DNA of 64,000 nucleotides from an uncultured Thermoleophilia bacterium (GCA_963705605.1 CAVPKC010000003.1:281619-345618); one strand, 5' to 3'. Positions 29,293 through 39,614 are shown, counted from the first letter of the stretch. The notes: generated by a model not told the origin, from the letters alone. A program made the numbers and translations.

Positions 29293-30571
29293 CTACCGCC
29301 CGGCTCGAGCCGGAACCGCACGGCCATGGCGATCCGATCCAGCGGCGTGGGATGCGTGCCGAGCATGAGCTGCGCCCAGGCCGGCGGATCAGGGTCGACG
29401 AGGCCCGTCGCGACGAACCGCCGCTGAAGCCCGATATCGCCTGCCGGGTCGTTCGTCGCCCGCAGCGCCAGCCAGTCGGCCTCGGCCTCGTACCGGCGTG
29501 AGATCGCGTTCTGCGCCGGGAGTGTCAGCGACCGAGAGCGAGAACGCGCAGAGGAGCGCGAGCGGGACGAGCGCCGGATCCCGCAGGCCGCCGCGCCGTT
29601 CCGTCACCCAGGCGACGAGCGCGATCCCCGGGATCGCGAAGAGCGCGAACCAGGCGACGCCCTTCCAGACATGGTGCCGGGCGACGTGCGCGAGCTCGTG
29701 CGCGGAAACCGCATGCGATCTCGTCCGGCGTGAAGCGGCCGTCGAGCAGCGTGTCGTAGAGGACCACGTGGCGGGTCGGGCCGATCCCGGTCACCATCGC
29801 GTTGGCGGCGGTCGTCCGGCGGCTGGCGTCGACGACCTCGACCGACTCCACCCCGACGCCGAGCCGGCTCCCGAGCTCCTCGATCCGCAGCGGCGAGAGC
29901 CCGGTCCGGCAAGCGGCGAGAAGCGGTTGAAGAGCGGCTCGATGACGAGCGGCTGGGCAAGCACGACGAGAACGCCGAGCGCCGGCGACGGCGACTCCGC
30001 CGGGATCCACCAGCGACGGCCGAAGCCGCACTGCGAGCGCAGACGGCACCGGCGACCGCGGCGCGACGACCACCGCGTGACCGCAAGCGACACGGTCCGG
30101 TCGCCGAGCCACGCGAGATATCCCTGCTCGGAGAGCCCGTAGCGCCGCGCCCACCAGTGCGCCGCCGCTCCGAGCGGAAGCGCCGCGAGCCAGACTGCGA
30201 GCGAGCAGCACACGCCCAGCACGACACCGGTTCGGACCGGGCGGCACGGGGCAGGCGAAGCAGCGCTGCATCGAAGCCGCGAGCGGGCGGGCCTTCCAGG
30301 CGAGCAGCCCGAGCACGCCCAGCTCGACGACGGTCGACGCCACCCACAGCCAGCGCGTCACCGTGCGGTACGGCGTCGATCCGATCGAGCTCGGCGGCCG
30401 GGGAACCACGACGCGCGGATCGAGGGCGGGCAGGTCGAGCCCGGGCGTCCGCGTCCGGAGCAGCAGAATCGCCGCCACGGCCCAGATCCCGACACCCGCG
30501 GCCAGAACGAGTAGCGTTCGCCGCCGTCGATGCGCGTCGCGGTCATCTCCGACGTCCACGCGAACCTCCAC
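29293..30571 (-). CDS. M48 family (Ste24/HtpX-like) metallopeptidase, frameshifted in this assembly. The ends are approximate.
   Basis: The fragments lie in different frames. They are NAMVTGIGPTRHVVLYDTLL, then SAHELAHVARHHVWKG by hand translation, RRYEAEADWLALRATNDP and THPTPLDRIAMA. Confidence 0.65.
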
Positions 30572-31273
30572 GCCCTGGAGGCCGTGCTGGCTGCGATCGA
30601 CACGGGAACGGCCTGACGCCGTCTGGTGCCTCGGCGACGTCGTCGGCTATGGGCCCCAGCCTAGCCGGTGCTGCGAGGTGGTCGCCGCACACGCCGACGT
30701 CGGGCTCGTGGGCAACCACGATCTCGGGGTGCTCGGATCCGTCGAGCTCGACGACTTCTCGCCCGATGCGGCGTTCGCGGCGCGCTGGACGGCCGAGGTG
30801 CTCTGCGGCCGAGGCGCGCGAGCTATCTCGAGGCGCTGAGCCCGTACTCGATCGGCCGCCGCGGTCGCCCTCTACCACGGCAGCCCGCGCGACCCGATCT
30901 GGGAGTACGTGCTCGTCCGACGAGGCCGCGCTCGCGGCGCTCGAGCTGTCGCCGCGGCGCATCGTCCTCGTCGGCCACAGCCACGTCGCGCTCGCGATCG
31001 GGCTCGACGGCGAGCTCCACGGCGGCCTCGCACCCGAGGGAACCGATGATCGACCTCGACGAGGGCGCGAGCTGGCTCCTGAATCCGGGATCGGTCGGCC
31101 AGCCCCGCGACGGCGATCCGCGGGCCGCCTGGCTCCTGCTCGATCTCGCCGCCCGGCGGGCGGCGTTCCGACGCGAGCCGTACGCGATCGAGAGCACGCA
31201 GCGCGAGATCCTCGAGGCGGGGCTGCCGCGACCGTTCTGCGCATCTCGACTCGACGAGCGGAGACGCTGGCTA
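30530..31273 (+). CDS. Metallophosphoesterase (YfcE/MPP superfamily), multiple frameshifts in this assembly
   Basis: MRVAVISDVHANLHALEAVLAAID, then DAVWCLGDVVGYGPQP, GNHD, LYHGSPRDPIWEYV, VLVGHSH and NPGSVGQPRDGDPRAAW are spread over three frames. Confidence 0.7.
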
Positions 31274-31854
31274 GGTTCCTGGCGAGGCCGCGATCGCTCT
31301 GAGCGCAGGCCGATCCCCTCGCGGGCGAGCGCGAGCTGCACCTCCTCGCGAGCCTTGTAGATGCGCCACTTGACGGTCGCGAGCGTGATCTCGAGCGAGT
31401 CGGCGATCTCCGCGTAGGAGAGACCGACGACGTCTCGCAGGAGCAGGGCCATCTTGAGGTCGGGGTTGAGGCCGCCGACCGCCCGCCAGACGGCGTCGAT
31501 CATCTCGATCCGCTCCGGCGGGCGCGTCGACGACCTCGAGCGGCGCGACGTCGTCGAGCGCGTCCGGAGTGCGGACGACGCTCCCGGGCACGCAGCTCGT
31601 CGAGGACGCGGTTCTTCGCGACCTGGAAGAGCCAGGTCGTGAAACGGCAGCGGAGCGAGAAGCCCGGCGAGACCGTGGTGGATGCGCAGGAAGACGTCCT
31701 GCGTCAGGTCCTCGGCGAGGGACCGATCGCCGACCATCCGCAGGATGTAGTTGAAGACAGGCGTCTCGTACGCGATGACGAGCGACGCGAAGGCACGCGC
31801 GTCACCACTCTGCGCCTGGCGGAGGATCGAGAGCTCCGGCTGGGGAAGTGGCAC
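31271..31854 (-). CDS. ECF-type sigma-70 family sigma factor, frameshifted in this assembly. The ends are approximate.
   Basis: The region 2 block is AFASLVIAYETPVFNYILRMVGDRSLAEDLTQDVFLRIHHGL. The region 4 block is LLRDVVGLSYAEIADSLEITLATVKWRIYKAREEV. The segment between them is out of frame. Confidence 0.7.
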
Positions 31855-31889
31855 TGACGTGAACCTGGCGAGGGCCGAGACGCGTCGAG

Positions 31890-33430
31890 TTGGCGCGAGT
31901 ATAGCCAGCAGGCGGGGGCCTGAACGGGCCGACGACGAGCAGGCTCGCCCCGTCATCTCGACCGGCGGCTCGATGCCGAGCAGATCGAGAGCACGTCGGC
32001 GCGAGGTCGCGCGAGGCCGCCACCCTCGCGGAGCGATAGCGCCCGACGCCGTGACGATCAGCGGCACCGGGTTCGTCGTGTGCGCCGTGTGCGGGCTCAC
32101 GCCGTCCTCCTCGAGCATCTGCTCGGCGTTCCCGTGGTCGGCGCAGACGAGCACGACGCCGCCCTTGGCGCGCAACGGCTTCGACCACCCGGCCGAGGCA
32201 GGCGTCGACGGTCTCCACCGCGCGCGACGACCGCCGGGATCACCCCGGTGTGCCCGACCATGTCGGGTTCGCGAAGTTGACGATCGCGAAGCGGTAGTCG
32301 CCCCGCGACAGCTCCTCGACGAAGCGATCCGTCGACCTCGGCCGCCGACATCTCGGGCTTCAGGTCGTACGTCGCCACGTCCCTCGGCGACGGGACGAGG
32401 ATCCGCGTCTCGCCCCGCCCACTCCTGCTCGCGCCCGCCGTTCAGGAAGTAGGTCACGTGGGCGTACTTCTCGGTCTCGGCGATGTGGAGCTGCGCGCAG
32501 CCCGTTCGCCGCCACCACCTCGGCGATCGTGTCGGTGACGTTCTGCTCCGGGAAGGCCACCGGGCAGTCGAGGTCGTCGCGGTACCGCGTCATCGTCGTC
32601 AGGTCGTACCCGCTCCTCGAGCAGGCGCTGCGTCAGCTGCCGCGCGCGATCGGGCCGGAAGTTGAAGAAGATCGCCGCGTCGTCGCGCGCCAGCCGCGGA
32701 GTGCCCTCGATCGACGACCGGCTCGATGAACTCGTCCGTGACACCTCGCGCGTAGCTCTCCTCGACGGCCGCCGACGGCATCCGGCGCCTGCCTGCCGTC
32801 GCCGCGGCACGATCGCGTCGAGCGCGCGGTCGGTCCGCTCCCAGCGCGCGTCGCGATCCATCGCGTAGTAGCGGCCGACGACCGTCGCGATCCGCCACCC
32901 CCTCGTCGACGAGCTCCCGCGAGGTCGCCGCGGCAGCGTGCGGCGAGACGTCACGGCCGTCGGTGAACGCGTGGACGAACGTCCGTTCTGCGCATCCCGG
33001 GCGGCGCGCGAGCTCGAGGAGCGCGCGGAGGTGGTCGATGTGCGAGTGGACGCCGCCGTAGGAGACCAGGCCCGAGCAGGTGGACGCGGCCTCCCCGCTC
33101 TCGCGCGCGGTCGGAACGCGCCGCGCGAGGGCCGGGTTCTCGAAGAGCGCGCCGTGCTCGATCGGCGCGGTTGACCCGCATCAGGTCCTGGTCGACGATC
33201 CGGCCCGAGCCGATCGTCAGGTGCCCGACCTCGGAGTTGCCCATCTGGCCCTCTGGCAGCCCGACCGCCTCACCGGACGCGTCGAGCGTCGTGTGCGGGT
33301 AGCGGCGCCCAGAGATCGTCGAAGACCGGCGTCTCGGCGAGCTCGACGGCGTTCCCCGGGCCGGCCGGGGCGAGGCCCCAGCCGTCGAGGACGACGAGCG
33401 CTACGAGTCGGAAGCGCCCGCGCGGCAAAT
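31890..33430 (-). CDS. gpmI: 2,3-bisphosphoglycerate-independent phosphoglycerate mutase, many frameshifts in this assembly. The ends are approximate.
   Basis: Scattered over all three minus frames are [113 protein letters not shown] and [12 protein letters not shown]. Confidence 0.8.
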
Positions 33431-34120
33431 GGCCTCGAAGGGATCGATCTCGAGCGAGGCGCCCCCGACGAGCGCGCCGTCCACGTCCGGCTCCGAGAGC
33501 AGGATCTCGGCGTTGTCCGGCTTGACCGAGCCGCCGTACAGGATCGGCACGTCGAGCAGGCCCCGGACGAAGGCGTGCGCCTCCTGCGCCTGGTCCGGAG
33601 TCGCCGTCTTGCCGGTGCCGATCGCCCAGACCGGCTCGTAGGCGATCGTCAGGCGCTCGTGGCCGCCCATGGCGTCGGCGATCGCCGAGACCTGACGGCG
33701 GAGCACGTCTTCGGTCAGGTCGGCTTCCCGCTCGTCCTCGAGCTCGCCGACGCAGGCGATCACCTCGAGCCCGGACGCGAGGGCGTGCGCCGCTCGGCGG
33801 GCGACCGTCTCGTCCGTGTCGCCGAACAGGTGACGGCGCTCCGAATGGCCGACGATCGTGCCCGTGACGCCGAGCTCGTGCAGCATGCCGGGCGAGACCT
33901 CGCCCGTGTAGGCGCCGGTCTCCTGCCAGTGCGCGTTCTGTGCGAACACGCGCGATCGGGGATCCAGGAGCGCCTCGACTGCGGCACCGAGCGAGACGAA
34001 CGGCGGGCAGACGACGACCTCCACTCCGTCGAGGTCGTCGAGCCGGCCGCGGAGCTCCCTGCAGAACGCGGCTGCCTCGACCGGCCCCTTGAACATCTTC
34101 CAGTTCCCTGCGATCAGCAC
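33401..34120 (-). CDS. tpiA: Triose-phosphate isomerase
   Basis: Intact ORF with a GTG start after GGAGG. It contains LIAGNWKM, GHSERR and YEPVWAIGTG. Confidence 0.9.
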   Translation of the reverse strand: MLIAGNWKMFKGPVEAAAFCRELRGRLDDLDGVEVVVCPPFVSLGAAVEALLDPRSRVFAQNAHWQETGAYTGEVSPGMLHELGVTGTIVGHSERRHLFGDTDETVARRAAHALASGLEVIACVGELEDEREADLTEDVLRRQVSAIADAMGGHERLTIAYEPVWAIGTGKTATPDQAQEAHAFVRGLLDVPILYGGSVKPDNAEILLSEPDVDGALVGGASLEIDPFEAICRAGASDS

Positions 34121-34124
34121 CGCG

Positions 34125-35178
34125 TCACGCCTCCGGGATCGCCGCCACGCCGGGGAGCTCGCGGCCCTCGAGAAGCTCGAGCGACGCCCCGCCACCGGTC
34201 GAGATCCAGTCGATCCGCTCGGCGAGCCCCAGCTCCTCGACTGCGCTGACCGAGTCGCCGCCTCCGACGACCGTAAAACCGGCGCAGGCGGCTACCGCGC
34301 GGGCGACGACCTCGGTGCCGGCGGCGAAGCGCGGCCACTCGAACACGCCCATCGGCCCGTTCCAGAAGACCGTCTTCGCGGGCCCGATCAGGCCGGCGAA
34401 CCTGGTCCGGGTCGCGGGCCCGATGTCGAGTCCGAGCCACCCCGCGGGGATCTCGTCGACGCCGGACACGATCGCTTCCGCGTCGGCGTCGAAGGCCTCG
34501 GCGGCGATGACGTCCGTCGGGAGCTCTGCAGCTTGCGCGAACCTCGGCCAGGTCGGCGCGCGCGGCGAGCTCCTCCGCCATCTTGCCGCCCACCAGCACG
34601 CTGTCGGCGAGGCCGGTCAACCGCCGCAGGACGCCGATCTTGTCGTCGACCTTGGCCCCGCCGACGATCGCCACGAACGGGCGATCCGGATCGTCGACGA
34701 GCCGTCCGAGCTCCCGGAGCTCCCGCTCGAGCAGGAGCCCCGCATAGGCAGGGAGGAGATGTGCCACACCCTCGGTCGAGGCGTGCGCGCGATGGGCCGA
34801 GCCGAAGGCGTCGTTCACGAACAGGTCTCGTCCGTCGGCGAGCTCCCTGGCGAACGTCGGGTCGTTCGCCGTCTCGCCGGGATGGAAGCGGGTGTTCTCG
34901 AGCACGGTGAGGCGTTCGTCCGAAAGCAGCTCGCGCAGCCGCGCCTCGACGGGAGCCATCCGATAGGCATCGTCGTAGCCCTTCGGCCGGCCGAGATGCG
35001 AGCAGACGACGACGTTCACGGCGCCCCGTTCGAGCAGCAGCCTCAGCGTCGGCAGCGACGCCCGGATCCGTGTGTCGTCCGCGACGCGACCGTCCTCGAG
35101 CGGCACGTTCAGGTCGACGCGGACGAGGATGCGCTTTCCGGCGACGTCGGCGTCGCGGACCGACCGCGGCCACCTCAC
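34125..35178 (-). CDS. pgk: Phosphoglycerate kinase, at least one frameshift near 34.54 kb. It reconstructs short (~350 aa).
   Basis: The N-terminal frame has [42 protein letters not shown] and [11 protein letters not shown]. The C-terminal frame (ORF 34125..34469) has [17 protein letters not shown] and [10 protein letters not shown]. Confidence 0.85.
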
Positions 35179-35179
35179 C

Positions 35180-35233
35180 TCAAAGGAGCCTTTGCACCAG
35201 ATCGACGAGACGGCACGAGTAGCCCCAATCGTT
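35180..35233 (-). repeat. Duplicate of the last 17 codons plus stop of gap (52/54 identical to 35282..35335)
   Basis: Reads NDWGYSCRLVDLVQRLL-stop on the minus strand. It sits directly against the pgk GTG start. Confidence 0.8.
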
Positions 35234-35236
35234 CCA

Positions 35237-35263
35237 CGTGGGGGAACCCATGGTTCCCCCACG
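35237..35263. terminator. Perfect 12-bp hairpin (CGTGGGGGAACC cat GGTTCCCCCACG) between the two gap-tail copies
   Basis: Read directly from the sequence. There is no U tract, so its function is unknown. Confidence 0.4.
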
Positions 35264-35281
35264 AGCCCCCTCCTTCGACCA

Positions 35282-36280
35282 TCAAAGGAGCCTCTGCACC
35301 AGATCGACGAGACGGCACGAGTAGCCCCATTCGTTGTCGTACCACGAGAACACCTTCACCTCGTTCCCGTGCGCCATGGTCAGCTGCGAGTCGAAGATCG
35401 ACGAGTACGAGCTCCCGATGACGTCCGAGGAGACGATCGGCTCGTCGGTGTACTGCAGGATCCCGTCGAGGCGGTCGGACGCGGCCACCTCGACGAAGCG
35501 TGCGTTCACCTCGTCCACGGTCGCGCTCTGGCGCAGATGCGCGACGAAGTCGACGATCGAGCCGTCGGGGACGGGTGCTCGAACCGCGACCCCGTCGAGC
35601 CTGCCCTTCAACTCGGGGATGACCAGTCCGATCGCCCGGGCGGCGCCCGTCGACGTGGGAATCAGGTTCAGCGCGGCGGCGCGGGCGCGACGGAGATCCG
35701 AGTGGGGGAGGTCGAGGATCTGCTGATCGTTGGTGTAGGCGTGGATCGTCGTCATGAAGCCGGACTCGATCCCGAAGCTGTCGTTCAGCACCTTCGCGAC
35801 GGGGCCGATGCAGTTGGTGGTGCAGGAGGCGTTCGAGATGATGCGATGCGACTCGCGGTCGTACGCCTCGTCGTTGACGCCGAGGACGAGCGTCACGTCG
35901 GGGTCGGTCGCAGGTGCCGAGATCACGACCTTCTGCGCGCCGGCGTCCAGGTGCAGCTGCGCCTTCTCGCGTTTCGTGAAGAGGCCGGTCGACTCGAGGA
36001 CGACGTCGACGCCGAGCTCCCTCCACGGCAGGCCGGCTGGATCGCGTTCGTTGAGGACGCGGAACTCCTCGTCACCGACCCGGATCACGCCCTCTCCGGA
36101 GGAAACCTGCTCGTCGAGCGGGCCGAGCACCGAGTCGTACTTGAGGAGGTGGGCCATCGTCGCCGTGTCACCGAGATCGTTGACGGCGACGAGATCGATG
36201 TCGGCGCCTCGTTTCCGGGAGGCCCGGAAGAAGTTCCTGCCGATCCTGCCAAAGCCGTTGATGCCCACCCGAACAGCCAT
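35282..36280 (-). CDS. gap: Type I glyceraldehyde-3-phosphate dehydrogenase
   Basis: Intact 332-aa ORF with INGFGRIGR, SNASCTTN and WYDNEWGYS. Confidence 0.95.
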   Translation of the reverse strand: MAVRVGINGFGRIGRNFFRASRKRGADIDLVAVNDLGDTATMAHLLKYDSVLGPLDEQVSSGEGVIRVGDEEFRVLNERDPAGLPWRELGVDVVLESTGLFTKREKAQLHLDAGAQKVVISAPATDPDVTLVLGVNDEAYDRESHRIISNASCTTNCIGPVAKVLNDSFGIESGFMTTIHAYTNDQQILDLPHSDLRRARAAALNLIPTSTGAARAIGLVIPELKGRLDGVAVRAPVPDGSIVDFVAHLRQSATVDEVNARFVEVAASDRLDGILQYTDEPIVSSDVIGSSYSSIFDSQLTMAHGNEVKVFSWYDNEWGYSCRLVDLVQRLL

Positions 36281-36331
36281 TCGCGTCCTTCCTGTCGCCG
36301 TCAGCCCCGCCCCGATTCTAGTGGGCGCCGT

Positions 36332-37261
36332 TCAGAGCTCGGCCATCCGCACCAGGCGCTTCAGCCGCCTGTGCACCGACGCCTTCGTCGCTGCCGGCCG
36401 GCAGCGCGCCGCGAGCTCTGCGAGCGAGAGCGATGGGTGTCGAAGGCGAAGCTCTGCGACCTCCCGGAGATCCGGCGACACGCGGTCGAGGTCGCCGTTA
36501 CGGGCGAGCCTCCGAATCGCCCTGACCTCGCCCTGCGCGGACCGCGCGGTACGGACGAGGTTCGCGTGATCGGCATTCGCGAGCCGGTTGGCCCGCGCCC
36601 TCGTCACGCCGACGACGGCGCTCTCCTCGAGGGCGAGCGCGGCGCCGTGCGCGCCGAGGAACCCGAGCAGGCCCGCGACCGCCTCGCCACCCTTCGCGTA
36701 GGCGGCACCGTGCTGCGCTCGTTCGGCGACGCCGAGCCGGATCCCGTCTTCGCCGGCGAGGCGGGCGAGGAAGCGGGCCGCCTCCACCGTGTGCGTCCGC
36801 AACTCGAGGTGGGGGTCGCGCGGGCCGCTCACGGAGCCCGCGGCAAGGAGGGCTCCGCGGAGATAGGCCGCACGGCAGCACGAGCGGGCGACGACGCGGC
36901 GGGGCGGGTCGCGGAGCGGCGCGAGCCTCGCATCGAGCACGCCCGCCTCGTTGAGCGTCTGGAGCACCCTCGGATCGTCCTCGAGGTGCAGCTGGAACCG
37001 CGGATCGCGGCCGAACGCGTGCTGGCGATAGGTCCTGATCTCCACCCCGATGCCGAAGCCGCGCATCAGCGAGAACGCCCTGCGCGCGGCGGCGCCGCTC
37101 CCGAGGTCGAGGTGCACCGCCACCTCTCCACCTCCGCGGAAATGCACGGCTCCCGCCCCGCGAACGAGCGCCGACAGCTCCGCGAGACGGCAGCAGGCGC
37201 GCTTCGGGTCGATCGCGGCGAGCTCGGAGCGAACGTCCTCGGAGAGGCTCACGGCGTCCAT
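36332..37261 (-). CDS. whiA: DNA-binding protein WhiA
   Basis: MDAVSLSEDVRSELA...KRACCRLAELSALVR, plus a C-terminal HTH (LSLAELAARC...ASKASVHRRLKRL). Confidence 0.85.
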   Translation of the reverse strand: MDAVSLSEDVRSELAAIDPKRACCRLAELSALVRGAGAVHFRGGGEVAVHLDLGSGAAARRAFSLMRGFGIGVEIRTYRQHAFGRDPRFQLHLEDDPRVLQTLNEAGVLDARLAPLRDPPRRVVARSCCRAAYLRGALLAAGSVSGPRDPHLELRTHTVEAARFLARLAGEDGIRLGVAERAQHGAAYAKGGEAVAGLLGFLGAHGAALALEESAVVGVTRARANRLANADHANLVRTARSAQGEVRAIRRLARNGDLDRVSPDLREVAELRLRHPSLSLAELAARCRPAATKASVHRRLKRLVRMAEL

Positions 37262-37719
37262 CCCTCGAGCGCCAGCAGCCGGAGCTTGTACTCGAGCCCG
37301 AGCTCCCCGTACGAGCCAGGGCCGTCGGCAGCGACGACCCGGTGGCAGGGGACGAAGATCGCCAGCCTGTTTCCCGCGCAGAACGAGCCCGCCGCCCGCG
37401 GCGCTCCGGGTCGTCCCGCGAGTGCGGCGAGCTCGCCGTACGAGACCGTCTCCCCGCGCGGCACCGCCTGGAGCGCCGACGCCATCGCCCGCTGGAAGTC
37501 CGTCAGCTCCTCGAGGTCGAGCCGGACGTCGTCGAACGCCACCGCCGAACCGGCGAAATAGGCGCGGAGCCGCTCGGCGAGCGGATGATCGGGCTCGAGC
37601 TCCGGCGGCTCTCCGATGCGCGGTGCCTCGTGCCACACGACCAGGTCCCCGTCGAGCCACAGCTCGCCGACCCCCCACCCGGGAACGGTGTACCGCAACG
37701 GCTTGACTCCTACTCCCAC
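37249..37719 (-). CDS. ogt: Methylated-DNA--protein-cysteine methyltransferase
   Basis: 156-aa ORF with VPRGETVSYGELAA and the active site VPCHRVV. Confidence 0.85.
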   Translation of the reverse strand: MGVGVKPLRYTVPGWGVGELWLDGDLVVWHEAPRIGEPPELEPDHPLAERLRAYFAGSAVAFDDVRLDLEELTDFQRAMASALQAVPRGETVSYGELAALAGRPGAPRAAGSFCAGNRLAIFVPCHRVVAADGPGSYGELGLEYKLRLLALEGWTP

Positions 37720-37745
37720 CCTCGCCGCGAGAGTACCATCGGCAC

Positions 37746-39374
37746 ATGAGCGCTCCCGGGCTGTTCCGCCCGCCGCCGGCCGTGAACGAAGCCGTCCGGG
37801 GCTACGAGCCCGGATCGCCGGAACGGGAGAGCCTGACGCGGCGACTCGGCGAGATGCAGCAGGAGCGACTCGAGATCCCTTGCATCATCGGCGGCGAGGA
37901 GGTCCGGACGGGCCGTCTCCGCCGGGCGGTGATGCCGCACCGCAAGGAGCACGTGCTCGCAGACGTCCATCAAGGCGGGGCGCCGGAGGCGGAGCGCGCG
38001 ATCTCGGCGGCTGCGTCGGCATGGAAGGACTGGAGCCGCACGCCGTGGGAGGAACGCGTCGCCGTCTTCCTCCGTGCAGCCGAGCTCCTCGCGGGCCCGT
38101 GGCGCGACACCCTGAACGCGTCGACGATGCTCGGCCAGTCCAAGACGGCCCATCAGGCCGAGATCGACGCGGCCTGCGAGACGATCGACTTCCTGCGCTT
38201 CAACGCGAGCTACCTCGCGCGCATCTACGAGGAGCAGCCGATCTCCTCGGCCGGTGTCTGGAACCGGCTCGAGTACCGGCCGCTCGAGGGGTTCGTCTTC
38301 GCGATCAGCCCGTTCAACTTCACGGCGATCGGCGCCAACCTGACCACCTCGCCGGCGCTGATGGGTTGTACCGTCGTCTGGAAGCCCGCCTCGACGGCGA
38401 TGGTCTCGGCGTACTGGACGATGAAGCTCCTCGAGGAGGCGGGCCTGCCGCCGGGCGTCATCAACCTCGTCTACGGCGCTGGCTCGGAGATCGGCGACGC
38501 CGTGCTTGCGAGCCCGGACCTGGCGGGCGTCCACTTCACCGGCTCGACCGGCGTCTTCCAGGGGATCTGGAAGACCATCGGCGGGAGCATCGAGCAGTAC
38601 CGCAGCTACCCGCGCATCGTCGGGGAGACGGGTGGCAAGGACTTCGTCCTCGCACACCCGTCGGCCGACGTGGAGGCGCTCACCACGGGCATTCTGAGGG
38701 GCGCGTTCGAATACCAGGGCCAGAAGTGCTCCGCGGCGTCTCGCGTGTACGCGCCGTCGAACCTCTGGCCGGCGCTGCGCGAGCGCCTCGCCGCCGAGAC
38801 CGCCACGATCACGGTCGGTGACGTCACCGACTTCGGGAACTTCATGGGTGCGGTCATCGACGAGAGCTCGCTCGCGACGCAGCGCGAGGCGATCGAGGAG
38901 GCACGCGGGCATCCGGACACCGAGATCGTCGCCGGCGGCACCGTGGACGACTCCGTCGGGTACTTCGTCGAGCCGACGATCGTCGAGACGCGCGACCCGG
39001 GCTTCCGGCTGCTCCGCGACGAGCTCTTCGGCCCGGTCCTGACCTGCTACGTCTACCCGGAGGATCGGTTCGAGGAGACGCTCGACCTCGTCGACTCGAC
39101 GGCCCCCTACGCCCTGACCGGTGCGATCTTCGCCGAGGATCGATACGCGCTTCGCGCCGCGTCCGAGCGTCTCCGTTACGCGGCCGGCAACGTGTACCTC
39201 AACGACAAGCCGACGGGTGCGGTCGTCGGCCAGCAGCCGTTCGGGGGGGCGCGGGCCTCGGGGACGAACGACAAGGCCGGGTCGATGTGGAACCTGATCC
39301 GCTGGGTCACCCCGCGCACGATCAAGGAGACCTTCGTCCCGCCGACCGACTACCGCTACCCGTTCTTAGGCTGA
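37746..39374 (+). CDS. pruA: L-glutamate gamma-semialdehyde (1-pyrroline-5-carboxylate) dehydrogenase
   Basis: Intact 542-aa aldehyde dehydrogenase with the ETGGKDF and YQGQKCSAASR catalytic motifs. Confidence 0.85.
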   Translation: MSAPGLFRPPPAVNEAVRGYEPGSPERESLTRRLGEMQQERLEIPCIIGGEEVRTGRLRRAVMPHRKEHVLADVHQGGAPEAERAISAAASAWKDWSRTPWEERVAVFLRAAELLAGPWRDTLNASTMLGQSKTAHQAEIDAACETIDFLRFNASYLARIYEEQPISSAGVWNRLEYRPLEGFVFAISPFNFTAIGANLTTSPALMGCTVVWKPASTAMVSAYWTMKLLEEAGLPPGVINLVYGAGSEIGDAVLASPDLAGVHFTGSTGVFQGIWKTIGGSIEQYRSYPRIVGETGGKDFVLAHPSADVEALTTGILRGAFEYQGQKCSAASRVYAPSNLWPALRERLAAETATITVGDVTDFGNFMGAVIDESSLATQREAIEEARGHPDTEIVAGGTVDDSVGYFVEPTIVETRDPGFRLLRDELFGPVLTCYVYPEDRFEETLDLVDSTAPYALTGAIFAEDRYALRAASERLRYAAGNVYLNDKPTGAVVGQQPFGGARASGTNDKAGSMWNLIRWVTPRTIKETFVPPTDYRYPFLG

Positions 39375-39530
39375 GCAGCCGGCTCGGCCGGCTGCGACCC
39401 CCGATCGTACGGGCCTTAGGGGCTGAGCAGCCGGCTCGGCCGGCTGCGACCCCCGGTCACGCTCCGGCCGAGAGGCAGGAGCGTACGGGCCTTAGCGGCT
39501 GAGCGCCCGGCTCGGCCGGGCGCGACCCGC
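39365..39530. repeat. Three tandem copies of a CTTAG-GCTGAGC-hairpin-GACCC unit between convergent pruA and uvrC
   Basis: The hairpins are at 39375-39395, 39427-39447 and 39503-39523. The first two have stems GCAGCCGG/CCGGCTGC and the third has GCGCCCGG/CCGGGCGC. All share the loop CTCGG. CGTACGGGCCTTAG precedes copies 2 and 3. Confidence 0.75.
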
Positions 39531-39614
39531 GATCAGCGACGGCGAAGCCGGCGCGTATCCACCGCGACCGAGCCCACCGACTCCGCTGGCGGGCAACTCC
39601 GTGATCGGCCCGGG

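Noticed and set aside
34088-34200. A one-nucleotide disagreement between my hand count of the printed sequence and the ORF-track coordinates around 34.09-34.20 kb (tpiA start, pgk stop)
   Set aside because: - I treated it as my own reading error.
- ORF-track coordinates agree with my hand count at 33987 and again at 35262, and I used them for tpiA and pgk.
39365-39530. Possible CRISPR array at the tandem repeats after pruA
   Set aside because: - There are only three units.
- Spacing is unequal (50 and 75 nt).
- The units are hairpins overlapping a stop codon.
- No cas genes lie nearby.
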